Notes under the pieces: model-generated
What the model saw: the letters and a program-made list of their open reading frames with translations, nothing else
What the model was told of the DNA's origin: nothing
Databases searched by the model: none
In this document: one piece after another, positions 30,491 through 47,139 of the stretch
How positions within the stretch are numbered: the first letter of the stretch is position 1
How the letters are laid out: every line of letters starts with the position of its first letter
From: Octopus vulgaris
Lineage: Eukaryota
Length of the DNA stretch: 64,000 bases
Direction: 5' to 3'
NCBI GenBank assembly: GCA_951406725.2
Contig: OX597814.1
Span: 146,940,001 to 147,004,000, forward strand
Made by a program: the position numbers and the translations under genes

Positions 30491-31040
30491 TATAGTGAGA
30501 GATACATAACGTATAAGTGTGTGTATATATGTATGTGATTATATGTTTGTATATGCATGAGAAAGACCATATATGTTTATATATATATGCATGTATGTAT
30601 ATATGATATAAATATATGTACATGCATGTATACGCATAAATTTTGTATTATCAATTAATAATTATTGTTTTTTTTATTGTTCTTCTCGTCTTTAATAGTC
30701 ACATTATCGAATTCCTTTGTCCACAGGACACCATTATTGATTTGGTAAATCATGTGTAATATGGAACCTGTTAAGCTATGTAGTTCTCAAGATGACATTG
30801 CTCTTGGTTCCATAGCGTTGATAGAAACTCAATAGATATTGCTGTGGCATAAAGTGCAGTGGGTGTTTCTATGATTACTCCTCCATAAGCACATGGTTCA
30901 ATGAACGGAGATAAAAGCAATTATATCAGAACAACTGGGACAACGACCAGAACAGAATATTTTCTCTTTTTTTATATTTGACTTGATGAATTGTGCATGT
31001 ATATATCTTGTCCGCTAATATATATATATATATATATAAC

Positions 31041-31136
<96 letters not shown>

Positions 31137-32736
31137 TTATGTGTGTTTGAATGTCAAATCTCTTTGTTGTTAATATACAAATATCTACCTATGTATACGT
31201 ATACATATACGTAAGCGTAAATGAGTGGACACACACATACATAAACACACGCACAAATGCATATGTCTGTAAGAAAGCATACACGTGTGTGTGTTTTGTG
31301 AGTGGGTGTATATAGACATGATATGTGTAAAAAGAGAAAGAGAGGTAGGGAGAGAAAGAATAATACCTAGATGTATATATGAATATTTATTTGTATCTAT
31401 TTTTCTATGTGTATTCTTTAGGATGTTTTCTTTGAGATTTTAGTCAACAATGATTGATAAGAGGTAGCATCATGACACACACCGAAACAGAAATATACAT
31501 AGTCACATCAAATAATTGGACATAAAAAGTGCTTCTATTAAATGTTTCATATTTCGTGCGTTTTATTATCTGCCACTCACTTATCTATTCTATTGTCATC
31601 AATAAAGGAAATTGGGAAGCAACTGGTAACTTTTATTTGACACTCATTCAAATTCTTCACAACCTAAATATATGCAGATGAAAGCCACTAAAATTTATTT
31701 ATGATCAGTAAGCTTTTTATCCATTTTGGTAACAAAACGACTGTATAGTTATATCAATGGATTTGCATGGCGGCCTTTATTTATCCATTCCACAGTTTTG
31801 GAAACATAACAACATACAAATTTTAAGGTTGATGTTGGATTGCTATTATTTCAGGAAGAGATTTATATTTTTGAAATAACTGAAGATTTGTATATATTTC
31901 ATTAGTATTAAAGTCTTTGTTAATATCAAATATGAATGTTAACAAGTCCGTTTTCTGTGAGTATGCGTACTATTTACATAAAAAAACGAGGCTATACTAC
32001 TATTCAACGCCTCTCTGAACAGCTATAGCAGTCCTCAGGTCAAGGATATCGGCGAATATTTTCATACATTGTAAGATTTCTTAAAAAAGTGTGGATGTTC
32101 CAGAGAGTATTGCGATAATCTCTTCGAGATTGGTGTCTCCAAGATTACACTCACTGACTTAAGGGTAGATATATGCAGTACATGGACTCTCTCTGTTTCA
32201 GCAACAGGGAAAACATTTACAATATTTTCACGTTTTATGGAAGCACCGGTAACATATACGTTCTTTGTCTACATTAGAATAATGCACATACAGCAACAGC
32301 GCAATATAATATTTCACAAGATTAGTGAACTACCATACTACTTCCATAAACGCTGCTCACTAATGTTAAGCACAGGTTTTTAATGCGAAATATAATTTGG
32401 TTTATCCCTACGACAAAGAAACTTTCCAATCACAAGCACTTGCCAAGTTAAACGTTGTAACAAATGAAGCGAAGCCAGTAATGAAAAGAAATTTTATCTA
32501 CCCAGACCAGTCAACAATATATCTCACAAGCATTCAGTACTGAAGAGTTTGAATTATCTTACGAAGTTTTGTTTCGCTGCACACTGTATAATGAGAAACA
32601 GATTCAATTTATTAATACTTATTTGAACATTACATAGAGATTCAGAGGCATATATAAACACACACAGACACACATATATATTTGTATATGTTAATGTGTG
32701 TATGTGTATAAATGTGTGTTTGTGTGTATATATGTT

Positions 32737-32780
<44 letters not shown>

Positions 32781-32789
<9 letters not shown>

Positions 32790-33070
32790 AAGAAAAAATA
32801 AGAAGGTTAACAGCAGGCTGTTTCACCTCATACCGAAGGAATTAGAAATGACAGTCAAAGACCGTTTTTCCAATTTCTATAAGTGGAGAATCCAAAAACG
32901 AAGGCCCTTACGGCTCACATACACAAAACCGGCTCACATACACAAAACCTTCGTTTTTGGATTCTCCACTTATAGAAATTGGAAAAACGGTCTTTAACTG
33001 CCATTTCTAATTCCTTCGGTATGAGGTGAAACAGCCTGCTGTTAACCTTCTTATTTTTCTTTACTATATA
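32781..33070. repeat. Near-perfect ~123-bp inverted repeat with 43-bp spacer
   Basis: Arms 32781-32904 and 32948-33070; 2 substitutions and 1 indel by eye. Confidence 0.95.
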
Positions 33071-33186
33071 CTGAACCTTACAAAGGTCCTGACAATTAAT
33101 TTGTCGTATTTACATACCGAAATTTACCGGTAAATAATCGTTGGTTACATGATAAACCACAGGAAAATTATTTACCATTTTTATTG

Positions 33187-33237
<51 letters not shown>

Positions 33238-33534
33238 TATAAGGCAAATTTAGAATCAATAAGATACATAATACCATTTACTAAAACCAGAGCCAAGGCT
33301 CCAAACAACCACAGACACCCAATAAAGATACACATGAACAATGCAATGTACATATTAGAAGTAGGCTTAACTTTGTAGTGAATACATCAGTACGTGACGT
33401 ATATTTCAATACGAATTGATTTTACCTTCTGTATGATCAACATAATCTGGGATCTTCAGTTGAAAATAACATTTAAACAGCTATTTCTAAAATGTTCACT
33501 ACATTAACTCGTGTGCTTTCCTTACTTTCAAAAT

Positions 33535-33988
33535 GGCCTATACCTGGAAAAGAAGTGTACGATCAACAGTGCAAGATACAGTGCTTTGCCGAACAACAAA
33601 CTAAAACCAACAATTCGCACCAAACACCGAATCCTATTGTCGAAGAAAGCTTTGTTGTTGCATGAAAATGCACACCTGCACACGGCCCTCCAGGCCATTG
33701 AGACCATTAATTAATTAGATTTAGAGGTGCTGCCTATAGCCCAGATCACGCCCCTTCCGACTATCATCTCTTTGGACTTCTGAAAGATACTTTACGAGGT
33801 CGTCGATTTCCTGCTGATGAAGATGTGAAAGAAACAGTGCATAAATGGTTGCACGAATACGCAAGCTAGACCAAGTGCATCGAAAAGGAAGGCGACTATA
33901 TACAAAAATGACGTACTTGTTTATCCCCTGCTGTTTTGTAGATACAGTGAAAAAGAAGAGTGCGTATACTTTTTGACTCTCCCTCATA
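33535..33988 (+). mobile_element. Mariner 3' fragment with TIR (irritans-like)
   Basis: INSARY..LLLHENAHLH..YSPDHAPSDYHLFG..RGRRF; ends tttgactctccctca|TA. Confidence 0.85.
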
Positions 33989-36671
33989 CATAAGAGTTTG
34001 TATTCATATATATATCTATATATATATATATATATAGATATATGTGTGTGTGTGTATGTACATATGTGTATGTATAGTATTGACTGTCAGGAGAATAATC
34101 GTGCAATACGATAAAACAGATTAATAACGATTTAATTTTAGTGGAATCCATCTATTCACAGTGTCATCAAGCGAGACATAAGTTGCCAGATGTCCATGTA
34201 AATACACATGCAGAATACCAGAGTAGCTGGGTAGCATTATACTGACTGCAGCTAAACAAAACTATGCAAATATACATGACTATGTTAGTACACGTGTGTG
34301 TATATATACGCGTGTCTCTGAGCGAATGCATTAATGTAAAATTATCTGTTATATACGGATGAATTGATTACCCGAGAATGAACAATAATTTAAATGCTCG
34401 TGCAAAACAGTATATGACATAGGCTACTTCAACCGCATTCGTTCTGAATATTCTGAAAGATGACAATATATATTTACTTCACAAAAAACATATATCACTA
34501 TACTAGAATAGTTTATAAGCTTGGCATAATGAAGAATTAATCGCACAAACATACAGCTCTGAGCACACATATATCTGCATATATATATTTATATATCTAT
34601 CTATATATATAAATATATATATATATATAAATATATATATATTTAAATATATAGATGTATGTATATATATAGACGCAAATATATATATATGTATGTATGT
34701 AGGTAGGTATACATATATGTATTGTATGTATATATATATATATATGTACGTATGTATGGAAATATGTATATGTGTATACGCATATAGATTTGTGTGCATC
34801 CTGAGGTTTTAGTCTCTGTGTGTTCATATATGTTCGTATATATATATACATACATACATGCATGCATATATGCATGCATACATATAAATATTGACACACA
34901 CACACACATATATATATATGTATATATATATATGTGTATATATATATGTATATATATATGTGTATATATATATGTATATATATGTGTATATATGCATATA
35001 TAGAGGCCTCTATACATATACATAAATAAATATGAAGATATGAATGCACATACACATAGTTACATATGCACACACACACTTATATAAATGCATATGTATA
35101 TGTATACGCGTCAACTTAGGGAAATGTATTTAAATTTAGTCGGATAACATTATTGCTTATAGAATACTGTCTCCGATTCTATTTTGAATCTAAGTTTTTT
35201 TCAGTATTTTTGCTTTAAATTTGACACACAATTTCTATTTTATTTTAAAATTCTACAATGTTCGCCTTTTCCAAATGAAGCACTGTTTTCGTTTCTTTGT
35301 TTTATTCTCTTCTATTACATTTTGCATTTCCATATGAGTAACCATAACTATGTTTTCTGCAAACGAAGAAAACAGTAGATGACGCATGTATTTCGCGATT
35401 GTGAGTTCTAAGGAGCCTTCAGAATAAAATGTACTTGAAATAAAAATTATTTGCTCGTTTCTATGATGCAGTAACGTTAGCTTAAACCTTTTCATTTGTA
35501 AATCGTTTTTGCTTTTTGTCAGTCATATATAGTCAAATGTACGTTGAAGTATTTTCGAATTTTGGCCACTTGGTGTCTTTTGTGAATCAGTGATTTCATT
35601 TCCGGATCTGACCCTCATTATTTAAAACTGGTTGGGTGAGATATTTGGACGATTTACCCTATATCCCCAGTAGTTTAGCAAATGATTAGGGGATATCTCA
35701 GTAACTCTATTTTAATTTCTTTTTCACATTACATAGGAACTACACAATTTATTTTCACTACATTCTTACATTTATAAAGAATTAGAGAAGTACCGTATTT
35801 TAAAGGTTAGTATGTAGTTAACGCTTATTCTATGTCACGAACAATCAATTTCACCTCATGGATATTGGCTTGAGACTATATATTCTAAATGTTAATTTCA
35901 TGACTTATTGTTATCATGTCATTTCTTACATGCTTAGATAAATTCTACGGGGTGTTTGCCTTTTAATAATCAACATATTGCAAAATTCGTAAATAAGTAA
36001 CTCGTCCTATTTTATGAGCTCGTGTATGAAACACAATTCCAGGGCGAGTAAACTATGAGTGTATATAAATTTCCGATCTTAAATCCACTCATAATCGAAT
36101 ATGCTTTCGCTTATTTCAATTTGTAAAAGTATATGCTAATAGTTTCATCTCAATTCATTATCTCCAACTTCTTGTAAATATATGACGTTGTCAAATATGT
36201 TTAATTATTACTATATGGCAATATATATGTTCCAGTTTGATTCCGCCTGACTCCTATAATGCTTCCTCAGCGAGGTCTCATCTTCTCATTTGCTAAGTTG
36301 TACATAACCACAGACAATATCAATATATTATCAACATCTCTGCATTTAATTTTTTCGACGTCTTACAACTAAGAAACTGACTGCATGTTTTCACAAAATC
36401 TTTACTTCTGAGAAATGCAATCACCTGCAAATTTATTATTATTATTTTACATATGCTTACCTACAGCTATTCAAACTGAGCATCTCTTTCGACGGTTTCA
36501 CCAGTGTTAGAAGGTCTATAAGTGTATTGGCATTGTTTCAACGAACGCATAATCAATTCGAGCAAAAATATGCATCATAAGGTATTGTTGACACACAAAT
36601 AATAGGGGTCTGATATTTTGTATCTTAAAATAGGGGATTGAAAAAATATGCCTTGCACTAAATATTTGTTT

Positions 36672-36860
36672 CTAGGAGACGCAAGGCCTGAAATTTAAAA
36701 TATGGGATTAGGGGATTAAATAGATCCTAGTACTTGACTTGTATCCAACCTAGAGAAATGAATAGCAAAGTTGCCCTCAGACGTATTCGAACTCAGTATG
36801 TGAAGTACTGTAACAAATACCCTGTTACAGTTTGACCAACATGCAAATAATAGAACTAAT
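36672..36860 (-). mobile_element. Degenerate SINE family B
   Basis: caaggcctgaaattt..gcaaagttgccctcag..tcgaactcag. Confidence 0.5.
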
Positions 36861-37256
36861 TCATAATCCTTACTATTATACTAAATACTAATCTCAAATA
36901 TTGGTATATCCTTTGCGTTTAAGGATGCAATCGATTTAATCAGTTCCACGACCGAACACATTACTCCTTGCAGGGTGAAAAATTATATCAGCCCCACCCG
37001 ACCAAATATGAAGTGGAAATCGTTATGCATTTAACCAGCCATTTTGAGCGGAAATGTATAAAGAAATTCTTCCATCCAGTACATGACTGAAACTCGTTTT
37101 CCGATTCACGAAGAATATCTGAAAAATCCCAAAACGACGGGATTTGTATTCACAAATGAATGCTAAGTAATGAAATATTTAATCCAATTCTGTTCAGTTT
37201 CTGTATTTATGATTAATTGTATATTTCTTATTTTGTCAGTTTGCAGAAGAAATATT

Positions 37257-37452
37257 TATTTCTTTATTGCCCACTGGGGGCTAAACATGGAGAGGACAAA
37301 CAAGGACAGACAAAGGAACTAACTAAGTCGACCTCGAAAGGATGAAAGGAAAAGTTGTCCACAGCGGAAATTGAACTCAGAGCGTAATGGCAGACGAAAT
37401 GCCGCTAAGCATTTCTTCCGGCGTGCTAACGATTCTGCCAGCTCGCCGCCCT
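37257..37452 (-). mobile_element. SINE family B, well preserved, with 13-bp TSD
   Basis: cagaagaaatatt at 37244-37256 and 37459-37471; tRNA-like head ggcggcgagctggcagaatcgttagc. Confidence 0.9.
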
Positions 37453-38709
37453 AGTGTACAGAAGAAATATTATCGATATCCTTCTGGATATCAACATTTT
37501 GTACATTATGTACCATGAGAAGGTGAAAATTTAAATCTAAGTCGATGAGTTGGAGCAATATTTTAATCATACTGAGTTACAAGTAACGTCTTGAGGAAGT
37601 AAAAATGATCTCCTAAGTACAGAACACTGAAACAAGGTAACGAGAGAAGCTCCTGTGAAAGATTTGCAAAGCCTTTTAATATCGTGTGAGGATTACAAGT
37701 GCATATGAAGTATTTAGGGCAAACAATGCAGTGATAAATAATGTATCATAAGTCTTACAAACACATACGACGTTTTAAGGGTATCGCGAAAGACCAGGTT
37801 GGAGGCCCGAACTTCCGAGTTCTTTGACAGGACTTAGAAAACTGAAGGAACCCTGTAATGTATGAATCTCAGAGATGAATATGTTGAATAAAAGCATAAT
37901 TTACCTGTCTTCTTGTATTTTATTTTACCGAAAACCAGGAATTGTTCAGCACCCCTTGTATGTTTCTATGAGCTTGGTCTTCGGGATCAAAACATTTTCC
38001 TTATAACATATTTACATATTCGTTCTAAGGTTACCAAAATTGAATGCAAACGCAATCGCCGCGCAAGGGAGGCAAAGAAATTCTCAAGGTACTACACCTG
38101 ATAGAAATAGCGCCCCAATGGCCTTTAATCCTATGTTAGCGACTTAAATAAGAATAGGATAATAGGGACAACATTATGAAGACATGAAACTTTGATCAAA
38201 TGTTTTGTAAATAAGATATGATCTGGGTGTGCGTGTGTGCTAAACAACAAGAGCTGTAACACAGAGTGTAGTCTATGTATCCGGAGCAGGTGTTATATCG
38301 CAATGCAGCACGAGATTGTAAGACACAGTTTTGCATGATAAATGATATTTAGAATTAAAATACACAGACAATAATATTTTCGTTTGACCATTTCTCAGGA
38401 ATGTTACTCGTGCGTAAACACTGAATGAAATTAATTTTATTACATGTTACACTGAATTTGTCATATACATACGGAGAATAAATAAGTTTATTCTGGCTCC
38501 CACCAAGATAATACTAATATTTTATCTAAGAGTATTTATATATATATATATATATATAAGCAGTTCATAGATAAGGGCAAACGAAAAAATTTCTGATGCC
38601 AAATATGCCGAAACATTGGAAATATTGTCCATTAACCATATAATCTTTTCGCAATACGCACGCTACTCGAAAAATGTCAACAGAAATTAATAAAGAAATC
38701 CATTATTAC

Positions 38710-38766
38710 CATATCGGACCGATTTCAGGGTTAGCTCATAACAGCCCTCCCTTCGTCAGTGATACA
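38710..38766 (-). ncRNA. Minimal type I hammerhead ribozyme motif
   Basis: Minus strand: gtatca-CTGACGA-aggg..ccct-GAAA-tcg-GTC-cgatat; intact core, stems I and II, tiny stem III. Confidence 0.65.
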
Positions 38767-38950
38767 TGTGGCAAAAGAAATAAATGAGATACTTACTCAT
38801 ACCCATGGAAGAAGCAAACACTAAGTCATGAGCACAATTAAGTACCCCAAATACATCCAAAATAGAAATACTCCAGCCCATTCAAGACACATGCGATTTG
38901 AACTGAGGCCCTCACAGAATGAGAGAGTCCGGAAGTGAACGCTTAAATTT

Positions 38951-39007
38951 ATATCTAATGTAGGATAAAATTTTTTTCGAAAAAAATTTTATCCTACATT
39001 TAGATAT
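38951..39007. repeat. ~57-bp palindrome centred on ttcgaa
   Basis: atatctaatgtaggataaaatttttttc|gaaaaaaattttatcctacatttagatat. Confidence 0.9.
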
Positions 39008-40050
39008 ATATATATATACATATATATATATTTATGTATTTATATATGTATGGGTAATTATTTTTTGTGTTTGTTAACGTTTAAAGAACATTAGAGTACG
39101 ATGATTTCAGGGAGATTTCAAACAGATCGAACGAGCACATAGAGGAAGACTAATATAGCTTGTACAAAATTATATTAACATATTAAAAGTATCCCTATTT
39201 ATGAAAAGATGAAATGCATGTTCAATTTATTTCTACTTTCTGAAGAGTGACAATGGATTGTAATATTTGCAGGACACTCATTTACGAAGATTGATCAACC
39301 ATTATGTGCAATAAAATCGATGACTGGTGCCGTCTACATTAAATGCAGAACTATATTGAATGTGAAGACTAGGGCTGTGGTTTTAACGCTGGAAAACTAA
39401 GGTGAAAAAAAATAACTTCAGACTAAATGCAGCGATTAGAATTTCTATGTTTTGAGCTAATGCTCACTCCCAGACAGCTTCTTAGAGGTTTCTATATTTA
39501 TTTTAACTATGATTACTTCTAGGCGTTATAAATCCACGTATATTTCCTTTAAGTCGGATTCAGCCTTCATTATATCGATGACTGAATAATACACATAACA
39601 TCAACTTCTATAAATAAAATTAAGAACATATTTTATGGAAACTGCCTCAGTAACGTTTATGGATATATTTATTTTTTCAGTTACTTAGAGTAGAAAACTT
39701 TGTTTTCTGGACATAGTCTCTGCATACTCAACACCCGGGGGAAGAAAATTTTGGTAGATCATAAATATTGTCCCAAGGGCTAAGTGATGCAAAGAAACCG
39801 AGTGATAGATTAAGTTTCCCACTCGAAGCAATCATAAACTGTTTCTAGATAACTGGAAAACCAATGTAATTTGGAGAAATTTCAAAATTTGAAGTGAAAA
39901 AAAATGTAACATCGTAAACCCCAAACAAATAAAATATTTGCTCCGTAACTCTGTTGTTTTTGCTAATTCAACCATTTTCCATTAATGATAGTATTGAAAT
40001 TGCTTGCTGATCTTGCAAATTATGTTTGAGAGCATAATGGAAATAGAGAC

Positions 40051-40061
40051 TATTATTATTA

Positions 40062-40110
<49 letters not shown>

Positions 40111-40218
40111 CATTATTATTATTATTATTGTTATTACTGTTGTTGTTGTTATAATGAATGTAGTTCTTTTAGTGTCTTTGTTGTTGCTGATATTGTTCTA
40201 GCCTAATTGTTGTTGTTA

Positions 40219-40286
<68 letters not shown>

Positions 40287-40295
40287 ACTATTATT
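40051..40295. repeat. (ATT)n/(GTT)n microsatellites
   Basis: Seen directly. Confidence 0.95.
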
Positions 40296-41699
40296 ATGCG
40301 GTTGATAATTTTAATTGAAAGAAGAAATATATATCTTTTTGTTCGCTTATTTATATGTGACTTATGACTTTCAGCCGTTTGCTTTCACACGTAATGTTCA
40401 TTCTTTCCTTCACTGGCTGTTCAAAAACTTTCGTTCTGCTAATACTAATAATAATGTTTCTGCTAAAGGTCATTACAACATTGTTGTTGTAATGTTATAG
40501 GTCTTTTTTTTTCTTATTGTTGTTGCCAATGTTATATATATTACAACGAATTACTATTGATTTCTTCAGCCAGTGTGCAAATTAGCTATCTACAAAATAT
40601 GGAAATTATTTATATCAACCACTACTTCCCAAAGAAAAGCATAAAAATAATGAAATCGACTATAATACGGGTATAAAACAAAAAAAAGCAAAAAAAAAAA
40701 CTAAGCAGACGATATAAATATTCCTTATTGTAGGTAAACAAACAATAGGATGTAAATATTTCAAATATTTATGAAACAATAAATAAGGCTGATCTACTAT
40801 CAAGATGGAAGTGGTTCATATGTACATCTGTATATCTATGTATGTGTGCTTTTACGTTGTATACGTTTCCATATACATGTGAGGATATAAAGACAGACAT
40901 ATGTATGTGTAAGTAAAGTTCTTCATTAAAGGAATATATATATTATACAAAAATGTCTCGTCTTGGCCAACTAAGCTAATAGCTACTTACACAGCTACTA
41001 GTCATAATCAAAAGTATAAAACAGCCCTAGATTCGGGTATGACGTACACCTTTCATAGATATAATTCTGCCGATCATGAGACACCTAGTGCACAAAAAGA
41101 TTAGGGTTGCCTCATGCGGATGCACATGACTTTAATACACGGACGCAGCAAAAATTCCTTTACTTTACAACCTGACCATCATCACCCAAACACTCTGTAC
41201 GCTATATATACTTTTTTTATATATATTCTGAAGGTATTAGGCCCTCGCGTTTAGCTGCTGAAGTTGGATACCCGTCAGCAGCTTCCAGCTCTATTCGAAC
41301 TCAGACAACGAAGAATCGAGCCAGCTTTCTATGTATCACTACACTACGCTGTTAAGGCTAATATTGCATTGTGCTTTTTCATTTCCAGAGTCAAATATCT
41401 GACACTATTTATCTTTAGTAAAAACGTGTTAAGCGAAAGAAGTGAGAGATCGTGAAACAGGTATCCTAAAAAAAACTGGTGTAACCTGAATGTATACATA
41501 TGTGTGTAAGTGTGTGTGTGGATGTGCGTGCGTGTTTGTATGTGTGTGTATATCTATCCATCTATCTAATTGTTTATCTATCCATCAGTCTATTTCTCTA
41601 TGTATGTATATATACACACACACAAATATATATATATGCATATATACACATTGATACATACATACATATATACATATATAAACACACACAGACACACAG

Positions 41700-41771
<72 letters not shown>

Positions 41772-42083
41772 ATATGTATATATGTATATGTGTGTGCATA
41801 AATATATAAATGCATATATATCGTTTTGGCTTAACAGCCCTCATCGTTTGTTTTTACCGTGTCCTGTCTTTTACTTTTTCTACTTGTATTGTCTTTACTG
41901 TCTTGTTTTTTTTCTTACTGTCCTGTTTTTGTTACCCCTTTTACCCTCCACAAAAGGTCTAATGTTTTATCTAATTTGCTTTGCGGGAAGGACTGTTTCA
42001 AAGAAGTCGCGTCTTGTCCTTATCTTCCAAATGGCGGAGTAGACGAAACAGGGACAACTGAAGAAGGGGAATATTTATCTATA

Positions 42084-42620
42084 CTAGATTATGCAGGTGA
42101 CATCACGCACAAACGGCTCCTTTCCCCCAGAAAAGCATATATTTGGCTGCTATTTCTTCCACACTCTGCTATCATGTGACAGGTATTTCGGGTACTTTAT
42201 CACAACTAGCTGTTGCGCGGTAGCAGGGCATGCTGGAAATAACGGCCAAATCTTTGGAGGTGAGATACGTTAAATGCACTCGAAAGAAACCTATGGAAAA
42301 AACTATTTCATACCGAGGTTACCAACGGGTCTTTCACGAAATATTTACCGTATTTTTAAATTTAGAATTTTAGAGTTTCTTCGTTTTCAGGGTTAAGATA
42401 CTTACGGATTATTTTCCACTATGCACCGTTTTGGGTATTTATATCCCCAGAATATCTCGATAAATATTTGTCCGATTTAAGCGAAGCTTTTTTTATTCCA
42501 TTCATCTTCATATTTCAGGGTCTCTTTACTTTGAAAGTATTTTCCTATTATGAGTTGCGCCAGATTGCGTGTGTAACATTACAAGCAAGCAAGATTAAAT
42601 TTCACTTTTAATGAATTATA
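42084..42620 (-). mobile_element. Possible non-autonomous Helitron
   Basis: Minus 3' end gcgtgatgtcacctgc (weak hairpin) then CTAG|T; 5' end aaaagtgaaatt..(cttg)n. Confidence 0.4.
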
Positions 42621-44192
42621 TATACATATATATATATATAAATGTGTGTGATTCTTTTGGGGATAGATCATAGATCCATAACTATGTATTGAAAATAAGA
42701 ATGCTTCATATTGTCTTTTATCAAAGTTTTTTCTTTCTGTTTTTGTATATAACAACACACAATTTGTTTAGTCAAGCATTAACTATTATACGCTTTTATG
42801 TTTCGCCATGTATTGGGAGTGACTAATCATCACTTCGCGACAGAAAATAACAGTGTTCATTTACTTGAAATTCTAGCCAGAAATTGAACTCCTGAAATAA
42901 AGTTTAACACGGCATTTCTCATGTGATTAGTTTAGTTTGTCAATCGTCTTTATCCGTTTTTTTTAAATTTATTATTTTCATTATATTGTTATGGATTACA
43001 GTATGGTTTCTATCATTAATAAATTATTCTCGCGGGACTCTTTGTATTACTAATCACTGATTACAATGTCTTTCCCTCTCTGGTTTTGTAATAACGTTTG
43101 TATGGTGATGTATTGCATTACACATTATTGCAAGTACATAGTGAACTGGTTGAAGAGTATCGTAACTCGTATTGTCAATATAATGTTTCAGTCGTGAAGT
43201 ATACAACATTCACTGATGTAATCAAGAAATACACAAAAATATACAAAACTACAAATGTTTTAGTAACTATACACACATACATACACGCACGCTCACACAC
43301 AAACACACACACACACACACACACATACACACAGACGTATACTCTTTCTCACACACACATACACACACACGAACATCAATAAGCAGTGTAGATATAAAAG
43401 CATAAAGGACAGCCGTACAAAAGCCATTGCATACATACAAAAGATAAACACTTGAAAGTAAATCACAAGCATGTACAATATATCCATGTATGCATAAGTA
43501 AATGTATGTAAGTACATAAGTATCGAATGTATATGTACATATATGACTGTGTGTGTGTGTATGTGTCGTTTGTGCATACGTGTGTGTGCGCGTATGTTGC
43601 TTTAACCGTATTTCCTTTAATATGTATATTTTCTGTGATTTATAACTTGAAAAGTTTGCCCTTTCTCTGTGTGCAATGGATTCTGCACTCCTGTTCTCTA
43701 TTTGTTTATCCTTTTAAGTTTACGCTGCTTGTTGATGTTCTTCTGTGATTCTGCGTCTGTTTCTGTTTGTGTGTGCATGAATTTTACACATGTCGGTATG
43801 TGCAACTATATGATCAGAGAAGTTTGTTTTCATATTTTTCATAAACAAAATGATAAGAAAACTAATGAAATATTTACTTATACAGTAGCAGTATTATATA
43901 AAAAAATATCTATTCCCCCGCCTCTTCATAATGTACAAATAGATAAAGCTCTTAACACAGACTCACAGAAAACATTGAAAATAATACTAAATATATGAGA
44001 AAATATTTCAAAAAGCAACGAGAGGAATTAATCTACAAAAATGTTCCGTAGCAGTATTAGGTGAGTTAAATAAGTTGTTTATTTGTTTCTTAAATTTTGA
44101 TGTTTTTACTGATACATTACGGCAGTACATAGAAATTGATATTGTGCAGATTCTTTCAAACTAACGCGCACAACTGTGCCTGTACGCCACTC

Positions 44193-44270
<78 letters not shown>

Positions 44271-44299
44271 ATATTTATGTATGTATGTGTGTGTGTGTA

Positions 44300-45545
<1,246 letters not shown>

Positions 45546-46289
45546 ACCTATCCCGGGTATTGCCCAGCACGATATAGATATGTGTGTGTGTGCGCGCGGA
45601 TGGGCAGAGATAAATACATATGGGCGTATACTGGCGTGTGCACATGAATACATTTACAATTGTGTAGTGTGTGTTTAAGCGCGTCAGTTTAAACGTTCAC
45701 AGCCACGTTCAAATGGCCTAATCCTGACCTAGCTATCACGCTTCGCTGCCATTGCCCCAGCATATCAAAGCATATCAGCCCCGTTTCATATACTCTAAAC
45801 TCATGTCTTTTAAATCATTTCATATTTTTTTTCATTTTGTATCTCTTATTTTTAACAATAATATCATGCCCCCTCCCCAAATAAAATCACACCCACACCA
45901 TTCTTGTTAGGAGCTTTCTGATTTCAATCTGGTAGTGTTTCTTCCTAATTTGGTCATATCCACCCAAACTGATAGAATCTCTCTATCTCAACTTAATATG
46001 TAAATCCCCGCACTTAGAAGCATATTATACCACATGAGGAGTGTTCTTTGCATCCGGCGTTATTGGACTGTTCCACGCCCATTAGAGAGCACTGCATCAT
46101 GAAGGCAAAACTGTTGTCTTGATCATATATTGCTTTTTGGTATACTTCACCTTCTCTATTAATCTTTAATGCAATATCAACCACTGTAATTAGCTCAATG
46201 AACAAATTATTCCCATTTCAAACACTAACCCACATACCCAACTCAATGATAATGATGAATATACAAAGTCTCTCGCATTTCACAAATCA

Positions 46290-46890
46290 AACAAAAATAT
46301 CATTTGTCAGAGATACTGCAGACTGAAAAAACAATGTGTGTGGCATTAAGTGAAACACACCTGACTCCAGACTTATTGGAGGCATAAGTACATATATCAG
46401 GCTATGTACTACACAGAACAGATCGCAGAATACGCAGGCAAGGAGGAGAAGCACTCTACATCCGTGAAGACCTAGCAACATATGTCCTCCTCTCCGACTC
46501 CAACACAGTATGTGATACACTAATACTGCATGTGACCGACCTCAATATGGTCATAGACATTACTTACCATCCTCCTGATGCGGCTAATTACGGAGAACAC
46601 TTCAGGGACGCTTTATCAGTCATAAGTCAAACCCTAATTGCTGCCAGTCCACCATCCAATGTACTTTTAACAGGGAACTTCAATTGTTTAAAATTTCAAC
46701 TGGCTTCAAGGCTACATCCAATCTAAAACTACAAAACCAAACAGGAGAGCTATGAATGCACTTCTAGACATCACGAAAGCCCTTCTCCTGCAACAAGTTA
46801 TCACCTATCTAATTAGAGGAAATGACGTACTTGACCTAGTCTTCACCCTTAATACAGATTTTATTCACTTTATTCGCAAAGTTAAGGCCT
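46290..46890 (+). mobile_element. CR1-like LINE endonuclease fragment (pseudogenic)
   Basis: ETHLTPD..RTDRRIRRQGGEALYIREDL, YHPPD, LLTGNFN, RGNDVLDLVFT. Confidence 0.8.
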
Positions 46891-47139
46891 TTTTTCCGGC
46901 ATTACTTTCCGAGGTCATGTGTCCCAGAAGTTAACAACAAACAAGATGAGGACAGATATCCGTCGAATGTAAATAATGTATGTTATAAGCTCGACTGCCG
47001 CACCCAGGAAAAGCCCAGCGGCGACACCTAATAAAGAAAAGGACGAGGAGGTATGCGAATTTGTACATCCCCTCCCCAAACTGAAAATGTGAGTAATTTC
47101 TTTCCTTTATTTTTCAAAAAAGGATTAAGTTAGTGTGCA

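Noticed and set aside
36461-36515. Possible minus-strand exon with a gtaagc donor
   Set aside because: Isolated, weak acceptor, unrecognisable peptide
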